Source: Candidatus Gastranaerophilales bacterium (GTDB lineage: Bacteria; Cyanobacteriota; Vampirovibrionia; Gastranaerophilales; Gastranaerophilaceae). Taken from it: DNA of 64,000 nucleotides. The stretch is taken from NCBI GenBank assembly GCA_900770525.1, contig CAAHDT010000010.1:8679-72678 (forward strand), given 5' to 3'. Both the position numbers and the translations under genes were made by a program. Within the stretch, counting starts at the first letter, position 1; each line of letters opens with the position of its first letter. Below, piece by piece: positions 28,541 through 37,597 of this stretch. Below the pieces are notes generated by a model that had not been told where the DNA came from, ran no database searches, and saw nothing but the letters and a program-made list of their open reading frames with translations.

Positions 28541-29668
28541 TTATACTAACTTCGCAATATAATCTATTGTTTTTTCTCGAACAATTTTATCAACTTCAAA
28601 AATCTCATCAATTGTTGGATTTTTGATAATATCATGTTCATCCAGCATTTTTTTCGTTATTTCGTATATTTGATATAACTTGATTTTACCATCTAAAAAG
28701 GCAAAAACAGCCTCTTCGTTTGCTGCATTCAGGCAAACAGTAGCCGTTCCACCTTGTTTACCTGCCCAATAGGCAAGTTTCACTGTCGGGAATTTTTCAA
28801 AATCAGGTTTTTCAAAATCTAATCTTGCAATTTCTGCAAAACTGAATGAATGCGACTTAATTCCCTCAAATCTTTCAGGATATGTTATTGCATATTGAAT
28901 AGGAATATGCATACTTGGTAAACCAAGTTGGGCAATAACGCTTCCGTCTTTATATTCTATTGCTGAATGCACAATACTTTGTGGATGAACAACAACTTCA
29001 ATGTTATCATAATCAAATCCAAAAAGATGATGTGCTTCAATTATCTCTAAACCTTTATTCATTAGTGTTGCACTGTCAACAGTAATTTTCTTGCCCATAT
29101 TCCATCTGGGATGATGAAGAGTTTCTTCAACAGTAGCCTTTTTCATATCATCAACACTCTTATGTAAAAACGGCCCGCCACTAGCTGTAATAATTAGCTT
29201 ATCTACTTGGTTAATATCTTTTATGCACTGGTGGATAGCGCAATGTTCACTATCAACAGGGACAATTTTTACACCGTGCTCTTTTGCTTTTTTCATGACA
29301 ATATCGCCAGCCATTACAAGAGTTTCCTTGTTCGCTAGAGCAATATCAATTCCGTTTTCAATAGCTTTTAGAGTAGGTCTTAAGCCGACACGACCGGAAC
29401 ATGCTACCAAAATAATATCATTTTCTTTGTTAGTTGCGATATCATCCAGACTAGCCAGAGTTTTTGCCCCTGCTACTGAAATAGGTTTTGCTGCGTAAAC
29501 AAATTTGGGATGAAATTTCTCAGCTTGTTTTTTCAGTAAATCTACATTATTACCACCAGCTAACGCTAGAATTTCAAATTTATCTGCTAATTTTTCTATA
29601 ACTTCCAAGGCTTGAGTACCGATAGAACCGGTTGAGCCAATAATACTAATTTTTCTCTTCTTATCCAT
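28541..29668 (-). CDS. dxr: 1-deoxy-D-xylulose 5-phosphate reductoisomerase
   Basis: ISIIGSTGSIGTQALEVI N-terminal NADPH motif, and the DXR central and C-terminal domains. Confidence 0.85.
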   Translation of the reverse strand: MDKKRKISIIGSTGSIGTQALEVIEKLADKFEILALAGGNNVDLLKKQAEKFHPKFVYAAKPISVAGAKTLASLDDIATNKENDIILVACSGRVGLRPTLKAIENGIDIALANKETLVMAGDIVMKKAKEHGVKIVPVDSEHCAIHQCIKDINQVDKLIITASGGPFLHKSVDDMKKATVEETLHHPRWNMGKKITVDSATLMNKGLEIIEAHHLFGFDYDNIEVVVHPQSIVHSAIEYKDGSVIAQLGLPSMHIPIQYAITYPERFEGIKSHSFSFAEIARLDFEKPDFEKFPTVKLAYWAGKQGGTATVCLNAANEEAVFAFLDGKIKLYQIYEITKKMLDEHDIIKNPTIDEIFEVDKIVREKTIDYIAKLV

Positions 29669-29732
29669 ATCTTGATTATACCATAAAAACTTTTTACTTG
29701 ATTAGAGTTCTTAACCCTGCTATTAAAAAAGC

Positions 29733-29767
29733 TGACTACTCTTTTAGTAATCAGCTTTTTAGAACTT
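29733..29767. terminator. Hairpin terminator downstream of rpsT
   Basis: AAAAGCTGA-loop-TCAGCTTTT with flanking A/T runs. Confidence 0.4.
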
Positions 29768-29778
29768 TTGGCTCAAAA

Positions 29779-30051
29779 CTATTTTGCAGCTTGAATTCTT
29801 TTAACTGCAAGAACAAGTCTTGATTTTTTTCTAGCTGCTGTGTTTTTGTGCAAAACACCTTTGCTTACTGCTTTATCGCATAATTGATATGCTCTAGAAA
29901 TAGCAGTATTTAATGCTTCAGTATCTTCACCTTTTGCCAATTCAAGAACCTTTTTCAAAGCAGTCTTGATTGAAGTTTTGAATGCAACATTTCTTACTCT
30001 GTTTCTTTCAGCAATAAGAACTCTTTTTTTAGCAGATTTAATATTAGCCAT
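29779..30051 (-). CDS. rpsT: 30S ribosomal protein S20
   Basis: MANIKSAKKRVLIAERNRVRN is the canonical S20 N-terminus. The structured 5' leader has two hairpins (30075-30093 and 30096-30115). Confidence 0.85.
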   Translation of the reverse strand: MANIKSAKKRVLIAERNRVRNVAFKTSIKTALKKVLELAKGEDTEALNTAISRAYQLCDKAVSKGVLHKNTAARKKSRLVLAVKRIQAAK

Positions 30052-30163
30052 TGTTTTTTACCTTTCCTATTTTTGGCACTTAATGACTGTGCCGTACTCG
30101 AGGATGTGAGTACCTTTATTTTATACAATAAAAATCTTTTTGCAAGATAAGTATTAAGAGTTT

Positions 30164-31129
30164 TTAAAATTTTAAAAGAACTTTCAAAACATCTTTTTGC
30201 TTGTTTTTTTCAAAAGCGTCTATAGCGTCATCAACGTCATATTCAGCAGAAATCAATGGAGAAAAATCGATTTTTTCAGATTTCAACAATCTTAGTGCCG
30301 CTGGAAACTGTCCGCATCTTGAGCCGAGTACAGTAATTTCATCAATTACAATCGGGGCAAGATTAAATTCTTTAGATGCTGCAACTGTACTTTTCAGGAC
30401 TAGAACTCCGCGAGGTTTTGTTAGTGCTAACGCTGTTTCAAAACCTGAAATAGAACCTGTAGCCTCTACAACTACATCATATTTCTTTTCTATTTTTAAA
30501 TCTTGTAACAAACAAGTTTCAACCCCTTGAGCTTTTGCAATATCAAGTTTGTTTTGATGTTTTCCGACAAGCATAACGTCAATATTTTCAGCATTCAATG
30601 TCAATGCGGTAATAAGCCCTAGCTTACCATCTCCTAAAACGATTACTTTTTCAAACGGTTTTATATGCAACTGTTCAGTGATTTCGCACGCTGCTGCCAA
30701 AGGTTCTACAAATACAGCCTGTTTGTCGGGAACATTTTGAGGAACTTCAAACAAAACTTCAAGCGGCATTGTGAAATATTCAGCAAAACATCCGTCTTTT
30801 CTCCATATACCTAAAGTGTGTCTATCAGGACAGTGTCTATATAACTTTTCGGCGCAATATGGACAATCCGGTTTTTTGCAACCATAGCTGATTTCTGCGA
30901 CAACTCTTTTCCCAAGTAAAGACTGGTCTTCATCATTTATTTCCTCAACAATGCCAACTGCTTCGTGTCCTAAAATGCCTTTATAGCCCATGTAACCTTT
31001 TGTTATCTCAAAATCAGTATTACAAATTCCGGCTAAAGTAACCCTAACAAGAGCTTCTCCTTTTTGTGGCACCGGTTTTGGATAATTATTATCTAACTTT
31101 AAACCTTCATCAAATACAACAGCTTTCAT
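30164..31129 (-). CDS. Zinc-dependent alcohol dehydrogenase, MDR family (threonine/sorbitol dehydrogenase-like)
   Basis: GICNTD...GHEAVGIV catalytic Zn motif, CxxCxxC structural Zn site and Rossmann GDGKLG. Confidence 0.7.
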   Translation of the reverse strand: MKAVVFDEGLKLDNNYPKPVPQKGEALVRVTLAGICNTDFEITKGYMGYKGILGHEAVGIVEEINDEDQSLLGKRVVAEISYGCKKPDCPYCAEKLYRHCPDRHTLGIWRKDGCFAEYFTMPLEVLFEVPQNVPDKQAVFVEPLAAACEITEQLHIKPFEKVIVLGDGKLGLITALTLNAENIDVMLVGKHQNKLDIAKAQGVETCLLQDLKIEKKYDVVVEATGSISGFETALALTKPRGVLVLKSTVAASKEFNLAPIVIDEITVLGSRCGQFPAALRLLKSEKIDFSPLISAEYDVDDAIDAFEKNKQKDVLKVLLKF

Positions 31130-31183
31130 TATACTCTCCTTTTCTGAACAAAAAAATTATAACATAAAAGCCGAAAAGAAAAA

Positions 31184-32872
31184 TTACATACAATTTTCTT
31201 TTCTTATAATTGTAGCCAGCTCAGGATTTACGGATTCAATAAAATCTAACGTATCAAACGAATCTTCTTTTATTCGTGAGATGAATTTATTATTAAAAAC
31301 TTTAACCTTCACTAACGGCATACGGTATTTCTCAACCAAAGTGTTTGGATAAAGTGTTTTGTTTATCGTATTATTAATATTTGGAATTTTATCCGGAATA
31401 AATGTTGCACTAGTAAAACCGGCTCTGTTTAAGATTGAAGTAAAAGTTAATTCATATTTTTTTATTACATCTTCTACTTTATCTTCAATTTTTATATTTG
31501 AAAAGAAATTATTAAACGCCTCAGATGAAAAAACTTTATTGTTGAATACGATAAAATACGATTGTAAATGTAAATGTTGCGGAGATTTTTCCCCTTCATT
31601 CAACCTGTTTTGAGTGTAACCCCAAAAATCACATCCGACTTGTTCCATTTTGTTAAAACTATCCTCAAATGGGAAAATCGGAGCATAGCAAGAATCATTG
31701 CATAAAATAAGCTGTTCTACTTCATCTAAAATCCCATTATTTTTGGCGTGTTCAATCCCTTTTTTGTAAGAATAAAAATCATACCCCTTATGTCGCTCAA
31801 AATCGCAATAATAAACCAAATCTTTGATTTTAGCGAGTTCTTTTTCAAAAATCTGACTATCAGCTACAAATATTATATTATCAACAACCTTTTTTAACTC
31901 TTGCAAATAATATATTTGAGCCTCTGAGATTTTACCATCCGGTATATATCCTGCAAAAACCGCTACTCGTTTATGTTTTAAAGGTGTTAGACTAAACTCT
32001 TTTTTCACATCTATAGTTCCTGCGATTGGTGCAAGTTCCTTTCGTGGCAAGGAAAAATACAAATGTTTACCACCAAGCATTATCGTTAGTAAACCATTTT
32101 CTTTAGTTATATTAAAAACTTTCTGAGATATTAAAAAGAGGTATGGGGATGAAAAACGGCTCACTGTATAAATTTTATACCCTTTAGAATAAACTATTAA
32201 CGAAAAAACTCGTTCTAAAACATGAGCGTTTGTTGAAGTTGAGTTTGTATGAGATGCATCTTCAAAATCATTCTCACAAATGTCAGAATCTGCAATATCC
32301 TTATAAATAGAGGCTCTTGCCATAAACATTGTACCTGCAACAAATTTGTTTCCACGGTAATGCAGGTTTAAACGTTTCATCATAGAATTTAATATATATG
32401 TTTCTTCCGAGAGCTTTCCTCGAATTGTTTGGAATTGCCAAGGATTACAAATTAACCCAATATCTTTATTGTTATTTAGGAGTTTTAAATTATTCCTGAA
32501 AAGTTTTTTTGAATGCAACAAAAACTCTACCAAATTATCACGCCAAGCATTTGATTTTATAAAACCGAATCTTTTTCGTTGCGCTTTTGTATGAAGTTTT
32601 AAAATATAATCGTAATTGTCAAGATTTGCTGACCTAATAGCTTGAATGAACGGGAAAACATCGTAGCCAATATTTTTTACTTGTAAAAATATTGTATCTG
32701 GCTTTATTAATTTAAACTTGTGAAATAATTCGTCTGATGGTTCAACATATGTAACAAACAAATTCCAATCACAGTCTACTATATTTTGGAGTTTTTTTAT
32801 AAAATAATCTATCTGATTATGGTAATAAATATGCAAGTGAACAAAAAGCTTTTTCCTGTAGTTTTCTGACAT
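31184..32872 (-). CDS. RgpF-family (rhamnan synthesis protein F-like) glycosyltransferase with permuted domain order
   Basis: The N-terminal half KKLFVHLHIYYHNQ matches the RgpF C-terminal module (AIHLHIFYVDL). The C-terminal half shows IYYLQEL...IIFVADSQ, CNDSCYAPIFPF and SYFIVFNNKVF, which match RgpF N-terminal module motifs (VYYQLEQ...VVFISNSQ, MNDTCFGPIW, SYFICFNQHV) as I remember them from S. mutans RgpF. Confidence 0.6.
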   Translation of the reverse strand: MSENYRKKLFVHLHIYYHNQIDYFIKKLQNIVDCDWNLFVTYVEPSDELFHKFKLIKPDTIFLQVKNIGYDVFPFIQAIRSANLDNYDYILKLHTKAQRKRFGFIKSNAWRDNLVEFLLHSKKLFRNNLKLLNNNKDIGLICNPWQFQTIRGKLSEETYILNSMMKRLNLHYRGNKFVAGTMFMARASIYKDIADSDICENDFEDASHTNSTSTNAHVLERVFSLIVYSKGYKIYTVSRFSSPYLFLISQKVFNITKENGLLTIMLGGKHLYFSLPRKELAPIAGTIDVKKEFSLTPLKHKRVAVFAGYIPDGKISEAQIYYLQELKKVVDNIIFVADSQIFEKELAKIKDLVYYCDFERHKGYDFYSYKKGIEHAKNNGILDEVEQLILCNDSCYAPIFPFEDSFNKMEQVGCDFWGYTQNRLNEGEKSPQHLHLQSYFIVFNNKVFSSEAFNNFFSNIKIEDKVEDVIKKYELTFTSILNRAGFTSATFIPDKIPNINNTINKTLYPNTLVEKYRMPLVKVKVFNNKFISRIKEDSFDTLDFIESVNPELATIIRKENCM

Positions 32873-32877
32873 AACAG

Positions 32878-33531
32878 CTAAACTCCAACGATTTTTAAAA
32901 TTTCGTCAGGTGTGCCTATTATATAAGTAGCGCCCTCTCTGGCTAGTACTTCTCGACTACGAAATCCCCACGTGCACCCTATGCAATTTATTTCAGCATT
33001 TTTAGCGGTTTGGACATCTGTTTCAGAATCTCCCACATAAATAACACTATCAACAGAAATCTGTAATTCTTTAATTGCCTTAAAAACACTGTCAGGAGCA
33101 GGTTTCTTGCGAACTCCTGCAGCTTCATTTTCTCCGATTGCAACTTGTATAAAATCGTCAAAATATTTTTTGCACAACTCTTTTACGGCAGTGTCAAATT
33201 TGTTTGACACAACCGCAATCTTAATACCTTTTATTCGTAATTCTTTTAACATATTCAAAACACCAGAATACGGAGATGTTTTGTTATACATATTTTGTTT
33301 GTAATGTTCTTTAAATACTGCCAAACATTTTTCAAAATTTTCGTTTGCACAACCGTTTGGAATAGCTCTTTCAATAAGTTTTTTTACTCCATTTCCGACA
33401 AAAGAGCGAACTTCATCCAATGTTCTAGTCGGATATCCAAACTGCTTAAGTGCATAATTAGTGCTGTCACACAAATCATCCAAAGTGTTTAATAAAGTTC
33501 CATCTAAGTCAAAAATTACACCTTGAATCAT
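32878..33531 (-). CDS. HAD-superfamily phosphatase (subfamily IA, phosphoglycolate phosphatase-like)
   Basis: MIQGVIFDLDGTLLNT is motif I, and motifs II-IV follow. Its ATG overlaps the upstream stop (TAATG). Confidence 0.7.
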   Translation of the reverse strand: MIQGVIFDLDGTLLNTLDDLCDSTNYALKQFGYPTRTLDEVRSFVGNGVKKLIERAIPNGCANENFEKCLAVFKEHYKQNMYNKTSPYSGVLNMLKELRIKGIKIAVVSNKFDTAVKELCKKYFDDFIQVAIGENEAAGVRKKPAPDSVFKAIKELQISVDSVIYVGDSETDVQTAKNAEINCIGCTWGFRSREVLAREGATYIIGTPDEILKIVGV

Positions 33532-33983
33532 TAAAACTCCACTGCTATCTTTACAACGACTTTTTTTACATTGTTTTGAGCACCTAGTGTAGTTATTTGT
33601 GGAGCATGCGCATCATCAGGATAGAATATTGCAAAATTTCTTCCGTTTAAGTATATACTGTTAAGTTCGGTTTTAGGCTTTTTATAAAAAATTATATCCT
33701 TTACACAATCATAACTCTCAAGCACTTTAAGACCGTCAATATTGATAAAATCGATGCGTTCTTCCCCGCTCACGAGGATTTGTATATCAATAAATTTGCG
33801 ATGAGATTCCAAATTGCATTCCAAAGCTCCGCGTGTTGAATATTCTTCGACATTTGCATATGCTTTGTCGCTTATTTCATATCTTCCACAATGTGTATTA
33901 ACACTTAATTTCTTTATAAATTCTGAAATTTCAGGAGTTACAATATCGTAATTATCTATATTCTCTAAATTATCAAAAATCAT
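33531..33983 (-). CDS. YhcH/YjgK/YiaL (DUF386) family protein
   Basis: 150 aa. MIFDNLENIDNY is a typical DUF386 start, followed by a cupin-like beta-rich sequence. Shares one nucleotide with each neighbouring gene. Confidence 0.5.
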   Translation of the reverse strand: MIFDNLENIDNYDIVTPEISEFIKKLSVNTHCGRYEISDKAYANVEEYSTRGALECNLESHRKFIDIQILVSGEERIDFINIDGLKVLESYDCVKDIIFYKKPKTELNSIYLNGRNFAIFYPDDAHAPQITTLGAQNNVKKVVVKIAVEF

Positions 33984-34819
33984 TATTTCAACTCTTCCAT
34001 AGCTTTTTCAAACTCTTCTTTTTTAGGAGCTTTACCATGCCAGCCGGCATTGTTTTCCATAAAGCTAACCCCTTTACCTTTAACGGTATTGGCAATAATT
34101 GCGGTCGGCTTATCGGCAGCTTTGGCTAGTTCAATAGCGTTATAAATTTGCTCTATATTATGTCCGTCAATCTCAATAACATTCCAATTGAAAGCTCTTA
34201 TTTTCTCAGACAAATTATCCAAAGCCTTGATATCCTCAGTGCAACCGTCAATTTGTAATCTGTTTCGGTCAATAATTGCAACTATACTGCTCAATTTTTT
34301 TGCAGCAGCATCCATAAAGCCTTCCCAAACACTGCCCTCTTGAAGTTCTCCGTCCCCAAGAAGAACGAACACATTTGCAGGATTTTTATCCAATCTTAAA
34401 CCTAATGCCATTCCGCAAGCAATAGATAATCCCTGTCCGAGAGAACCTGTTGCAGCATCAACTCCGGGGCAGAATGTCGCAGGGTGTCCTTGCAATCTTG
34501 AGCCTAATTTTCTGAAAGTCATAAGCTCTTCTTTAGGGAAATATCCCATTTGTGCTAAATTGCAATAGTAAATAGGAGAAACATGCCCTTTGGAAAGTAC
34601 AAATCTGTCACGAGTCTTAAAGTTTTTATCTTTCAGCCAACGCGGCGCCAATTTCATACACTTGTGGAACAAAACCGTAACCAACTCGGTAGAAGAAAGA
34701 GAACCGCCGATATGACCGGATTGAGCGTTATAAACCATCTTTATAATATTTTGTCTATTCTCTTTGCAAAAAACTTTTAATTTTTCAATTTCAGCCTTGT
34801 TTAACATATTACGCTCCAA
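33983..34819 (-). CDS. Transketolase N-terminal subunit (TPP-binding domain only)
   Basis: GHIGGSLSSTEL and GDGELQEGSVWE are the TPP-binding motifs. 278 aa. There is no adjacent C-terminal subunit gene. Confidence 0.75.
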   Translation of the reverse strand: MERNMLNKAEIEKLKVFCKENRQNIIKMVYNAQSGHIGGSLSSTELVTVLFHKCMKLAPRWLKDKNFKTRDRFVLSKGHVSPIYYCNLAQMGYFPKEELMTFRKLGSRLQGHPATFCPGVDAATGSLGQGLSIACGMALGLRLDKNPANVFVLLGDGELQEGSVWEGFMDAAAKKLSSIVAIIDRNRLQIDGCTEDIKALDNLSEKIRAFNWNVIEIDGHNIEQIYNAIELAKAADKPTAIIANTVKGKGVSFMENNAGWHGKAPKKEEFEKAMEELK

Positions 34820-35522
34820 ATTTCTCTTGTATTACCTTTAAAACAAACAACGGTAATGTTGGGAATATTCTCTTAAACCTTTGTGGCTCTTTAACTGTTC
34901 GGTAAAGCCATTCCAGACCTAGTTTTTGATAAATTTCAGGCGCTCTTTTAACAACTCCTGACCATACATCAAAACTTCCGCCAATGCCGATAAATACAGA
35001 ATCTGGCAACAATTCTTTTGCCTTATTTATAAAGAACTCTTGTTTAGGTGATCCCAATGCAACCAAAACTAAACTTGCACCAGAATTTTTCAATTCTTCC
35101 AAAACTCTTTCATCATCCTTAAAATATCCGTCTTGTACATAACAAGTGTTTAGAGATGGAGTTTCTTTTTTTACATTTTCAACGGCTTTTTGAATAATTT
35201 CAGGTTTTGCCCCAACAAATGCAATCGGTTCAGAATTTTCGCTAAAGCGATCTATTAATTTTCTTGCAAATTCAATTCCGGCAATTCTGCGAACACTATA
35301 GCCAAGGATTTTTAAACCAATTTCAACACCAATGCCATCCGGAATAACTAAGTCGGCATTATTGATAATTTGAGCAAATTCTTCATTTTGCTTTGCGCAT
35401 AAAACCATTTCAGGATTTATGGTTACAACCTGTCCATGATGTTTTTTTATGTACTCTATCGCCTCTTCAAACGTAAAAGTATCAATATTAAAGCCCTGTA
35501 ATTTAACGGTTTTTCTTTCCAT
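34809..35522 (-). CDS. WecB/TagA/CpsF-family glycosyltransferase (N-acetylmannosaminyltransferase-like)
   Basis: GFNIDTFTFEEAIEYI...VVTINPEMV...IPDGIGVEIG matches the TagA/WecG fold. ATG at 35522. The longer ORF in the track uses a TTG at 35540. Confidence 0.75.
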   Translation of the reverse strand: MERKTVKLQGFNIDTFTFEEAIEYIKKHHGQVVTINPEMVLCAKQNEEFAQIINNADLVIPDGIGVEIGLKILGYSVRRIAGIEFARKLIDRFSENSEPIAFVGAKPEIIQKAVENVKKETPSLNTCYVQDGYFKDDERVLEELKNSGASLVLVALGSPKQEFFINKAKELLPDSVFIGIGGSFDVWSGVVKRAPEIYQKLGLEWLYRTVKEPQRFKRIFPTLPLFVLKVIQEKFGA

Positions 35523-35555
35523 ACGCAAATTATAAAACAATTTTCCCTATTTATC

Positions 35556-35574
35556 AAGCCTTTGTGTTGTTTGC
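35556..35574. promoter_or_regulatory. 6-7-6 inverted repeat TTTGTG-N7-CACAAA in the divergent promoter region
   Basis: Perfect 6-bp arms located between the divergently transcribed glycan operon and the 35698 gene. Candidate regulator-binding site. Confidence 0.25.
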
Positions 35575-35697
35575 ACAAAAAAGAATTAAATATTACAAAT
35601 TGTTAACATATTTGAGTAAAAAATTAAAGTTTTGGCTTCATCGTGTCGATAACATGAATGCGAATGTAATAAACGAAGAAAGGAAAGGATTACCGTT

Positions 35698-36714
35698 ATG
35701 GGTATGGCTGCTTCACAAGCTAGATTTTTAGGTTTGACGGCTAGAAAGAATAACGTTGAATTTGAAGGTCAACAAATAAACCAACAAAGAACAATGTTAT
35801 CTAACCAGTCTGCAAACTACTATAATGACCTTCTCGGTATGACTGTTCCGACTCCACCGTCAGTGGACAATTATACTAAGACAGTTTATTCATTTGAGGA
35901 TGGCGCATTAAATAACACGGTTACTTCATTGATTGCACAGGCTAACGGATTGTATACCGTAAGCTATTTGTCAAAATGGCAGGATGATTATTCTGCAATC
36001 TCAGCAGCAACAAGCATTGTTACAAGAACCGGAAATGATACTACTGGTTTTAACTATGCAATTGGGGCTGCTGATTTGAGAGCATTAGGTTCTGCAGATG
36101 AATCAATTACTGACACAACTAAACAAGCTGCAAGACAGAGAGAAGAAAAAGCTTGGGCAAATATGCTTGAGTTGAAATATGGTAAATCTGACTGGTGCGT
36201 AAGATACGTTACTGACTCTTCAACAGGAGCCGAAGTCCCTTATTTCTACAGTAAAGCTGATTTAGAAAAAGCTACTTACGATGCCCAGACTGGTTCTTCT
36301 TTGTCAAACATCAATTGCTACACAATCGGTAGTGAACAGAAAATTGAAGAACACAGAGCAATCGAAAATTGTAAAGTTGAAAAAGATTCTTCAGGTCGTT
36401 TCATAACTTTGAGTATTCCTGAAGAAGTAGATGGAAAAGTTATCTATACAGATTTTGCCCTAACAACTGAAACTACAACTGATCAAGATGCATACAATGA
36501 TGCAATGAATGAATACGAATACCAAAAACAATTGTATGATCAATCAGTTGAAAAAATTAACTCTAAAATTGAAATTATTCAATCTGAAGATAAAAACTTA
36601 GAATTAAGACTTAAACAACTTGATACTGAACAAGATGCAATTTCTACCGAAGTTGATGCGGTATCAAAAGTAATCGAAAAAAATACCGAAAGTTCATTCA
36701 AAACATTCGGTTAA
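35698..36714 (+). CDS. Hypothetical 338-aa protein with Gln-rich, helix-like termini and a Thr/Ser/Asp-rich middle
   Basis: AAGGAAAGGA RBS. No signal peptide. N-terminus MAASQARFLGLTARKNNVEFEGQQINQQR. C-terminal coiled-coil-like segment NLELRLKQLDTEQDAISTEVDAVSKV. Confidence 0.45.
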   Translation: MGMAASQARFLGLTARKNNVEFEGQQINQQRTMLSNQSANYYNDLLGMTVPTPPSVDNYTKTVYSFEDGALNNTVTSLIAQANGLYTVSYLSKWQDDYSAISAATSIVTRTGNDTTGFNYAIGAADLRALGSADESITDTTKQAARQREEKAWANMLELKYGKSDWCVRYVTDSSTGAEVPYFYSKADLEKATYDAQTGSSLSNINCYTIGSEQKIEEHRAIENCKVEKDSSGRFITLSIPEEVDGKVIYTDFALTTETTTDQDAYNDAMNEYEYQKQLYDQSVEKINSKIEIIQSEDKNLELRLKQLDTEQDAISTEVDAVSKVIEKNTESSFKTFG

Positions 36715-36756
36715 TAAAAAGATTTTCCTTTCCCTTTTTCCTTTTTCCTATTATTT

Positions 36757-36790
36757 TCCAACGACTAACGTGATGCTAGTCGTTTTTTTT
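36757..36790 (+). terminator. Rho-independent terminator after the 35698 gene
   Basis: ACGACTA-ACGTGATGC-TAGTCGT followed by T8. Confidence 0.45.
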
Positions 36791-36953
36791 AGGTTTCTTC
36801 TGGAATGAAAAACTCTGAATTGTCTAGTAATTCTCTTATGTGTTCGTAACAACAAGCATTATGAGTAATTTGTTGATATTCCCTCACAATACTCAAAACA
36901 TCATCCGTAGACATTTTAATAATTCTTCTTTTTCCTTCAATTATTCTTGCCAT
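36789..36953 (-). CDS. Small hypothetical protein (54 aa)
   Basis: ATG at 36953 with a GGAAAGGAAG SD. MARIIEGKRRIIKMSTDDVLSIVREYQ...ACCYEH. The ORF track extends to 37061, but that extension has no RBS. Confidence 0.3.
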   Translation of the reverse strand: MARIIEGKRRIIKMSTDDVLSIVREYQQITHNACCYEHIRELLDNSEFFIPEET

Positions 36954-37155
36954 AACTACACTTCCTTTCCAAAATGTGATACGGAATACTAAAACAAATA
37001 CTTTTGACAAATCAGATATTTGGTTTAGGAAAATGGTTTCAAATAAGAAGTCAGAATACAAAAATGACTTTTAGTTTGGCTTATCCTATCATTGACGACA
37101 ACAGGCAAATATGTTATAATCAGCCTTGTAAAATATTTAAGATAGGAGTTTTATT

Positions 37156-37581
37156 ATGGCTTTATGGCAGATTTTTTCTATAGTTTCTGTTGTTGCAATA
37201 ATTTTAGAAATCGTAATTCCTTCCGGATTTTTTCTTAATTTTGCGGTAGCAGGTGTACTTACAGCTTTGTTATCACTATTTGTAAACAGTATTTATGCAT
37301 TAACCATTGATTTTATTATTCTTGCGGTTTTGTCTGTTTGGTTTATAAGACCGCTTTTAATAAAGAAAAAGGATGAAAAATCTAAACATACAGGTTTAGA
37401 CGACAAATACATAGGAAAAACCGCCAAAGTTATTGAACCGATAACAAAAACATCAGGCGCAATCACTATTTATGAAGAACGCTGGGATGCAAGAACCGTA
37501 AATGATGAAGAAATTCCGGTTGGTGCTGATGTAAAAATTCTAAAAAATGACAGTTTGATTTTGTACGTAGAAAAGATATAA
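37156..37581 (+). CDS. NfeD-family membrane protein (partner of SPFH/stomatin proteins)
   Basis: Three N-terminal TM helices followed by a C-terminal OB-fold-like soluble domain. It lies immediately upstream of the SPFH gene. Confidence 0.6.
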   Translation: MALWQIFSIVSVVAIILEIVIPSGFFLNFAVAGVLTALLSLFVNSIYALTIDFIILAVLSVWFIRPLLIKKKDEKSKHTGLDDKYIGKTAKVIEPITKTSGAITIYEERWDARTVNDEEIPVGADVKILKNDSLILYVEKI

Positions 37582-37597
37582 GAAAAGGAGTCTTTTA

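Noticed and set aside
36954-37061. Long form (90 aa) of the small ORF upstream of nfeD
   Set aside because: The internal ATG at 36953 has a GGAAAGGAAG SD. The upstream hydrophobic extension lacks any RBS.
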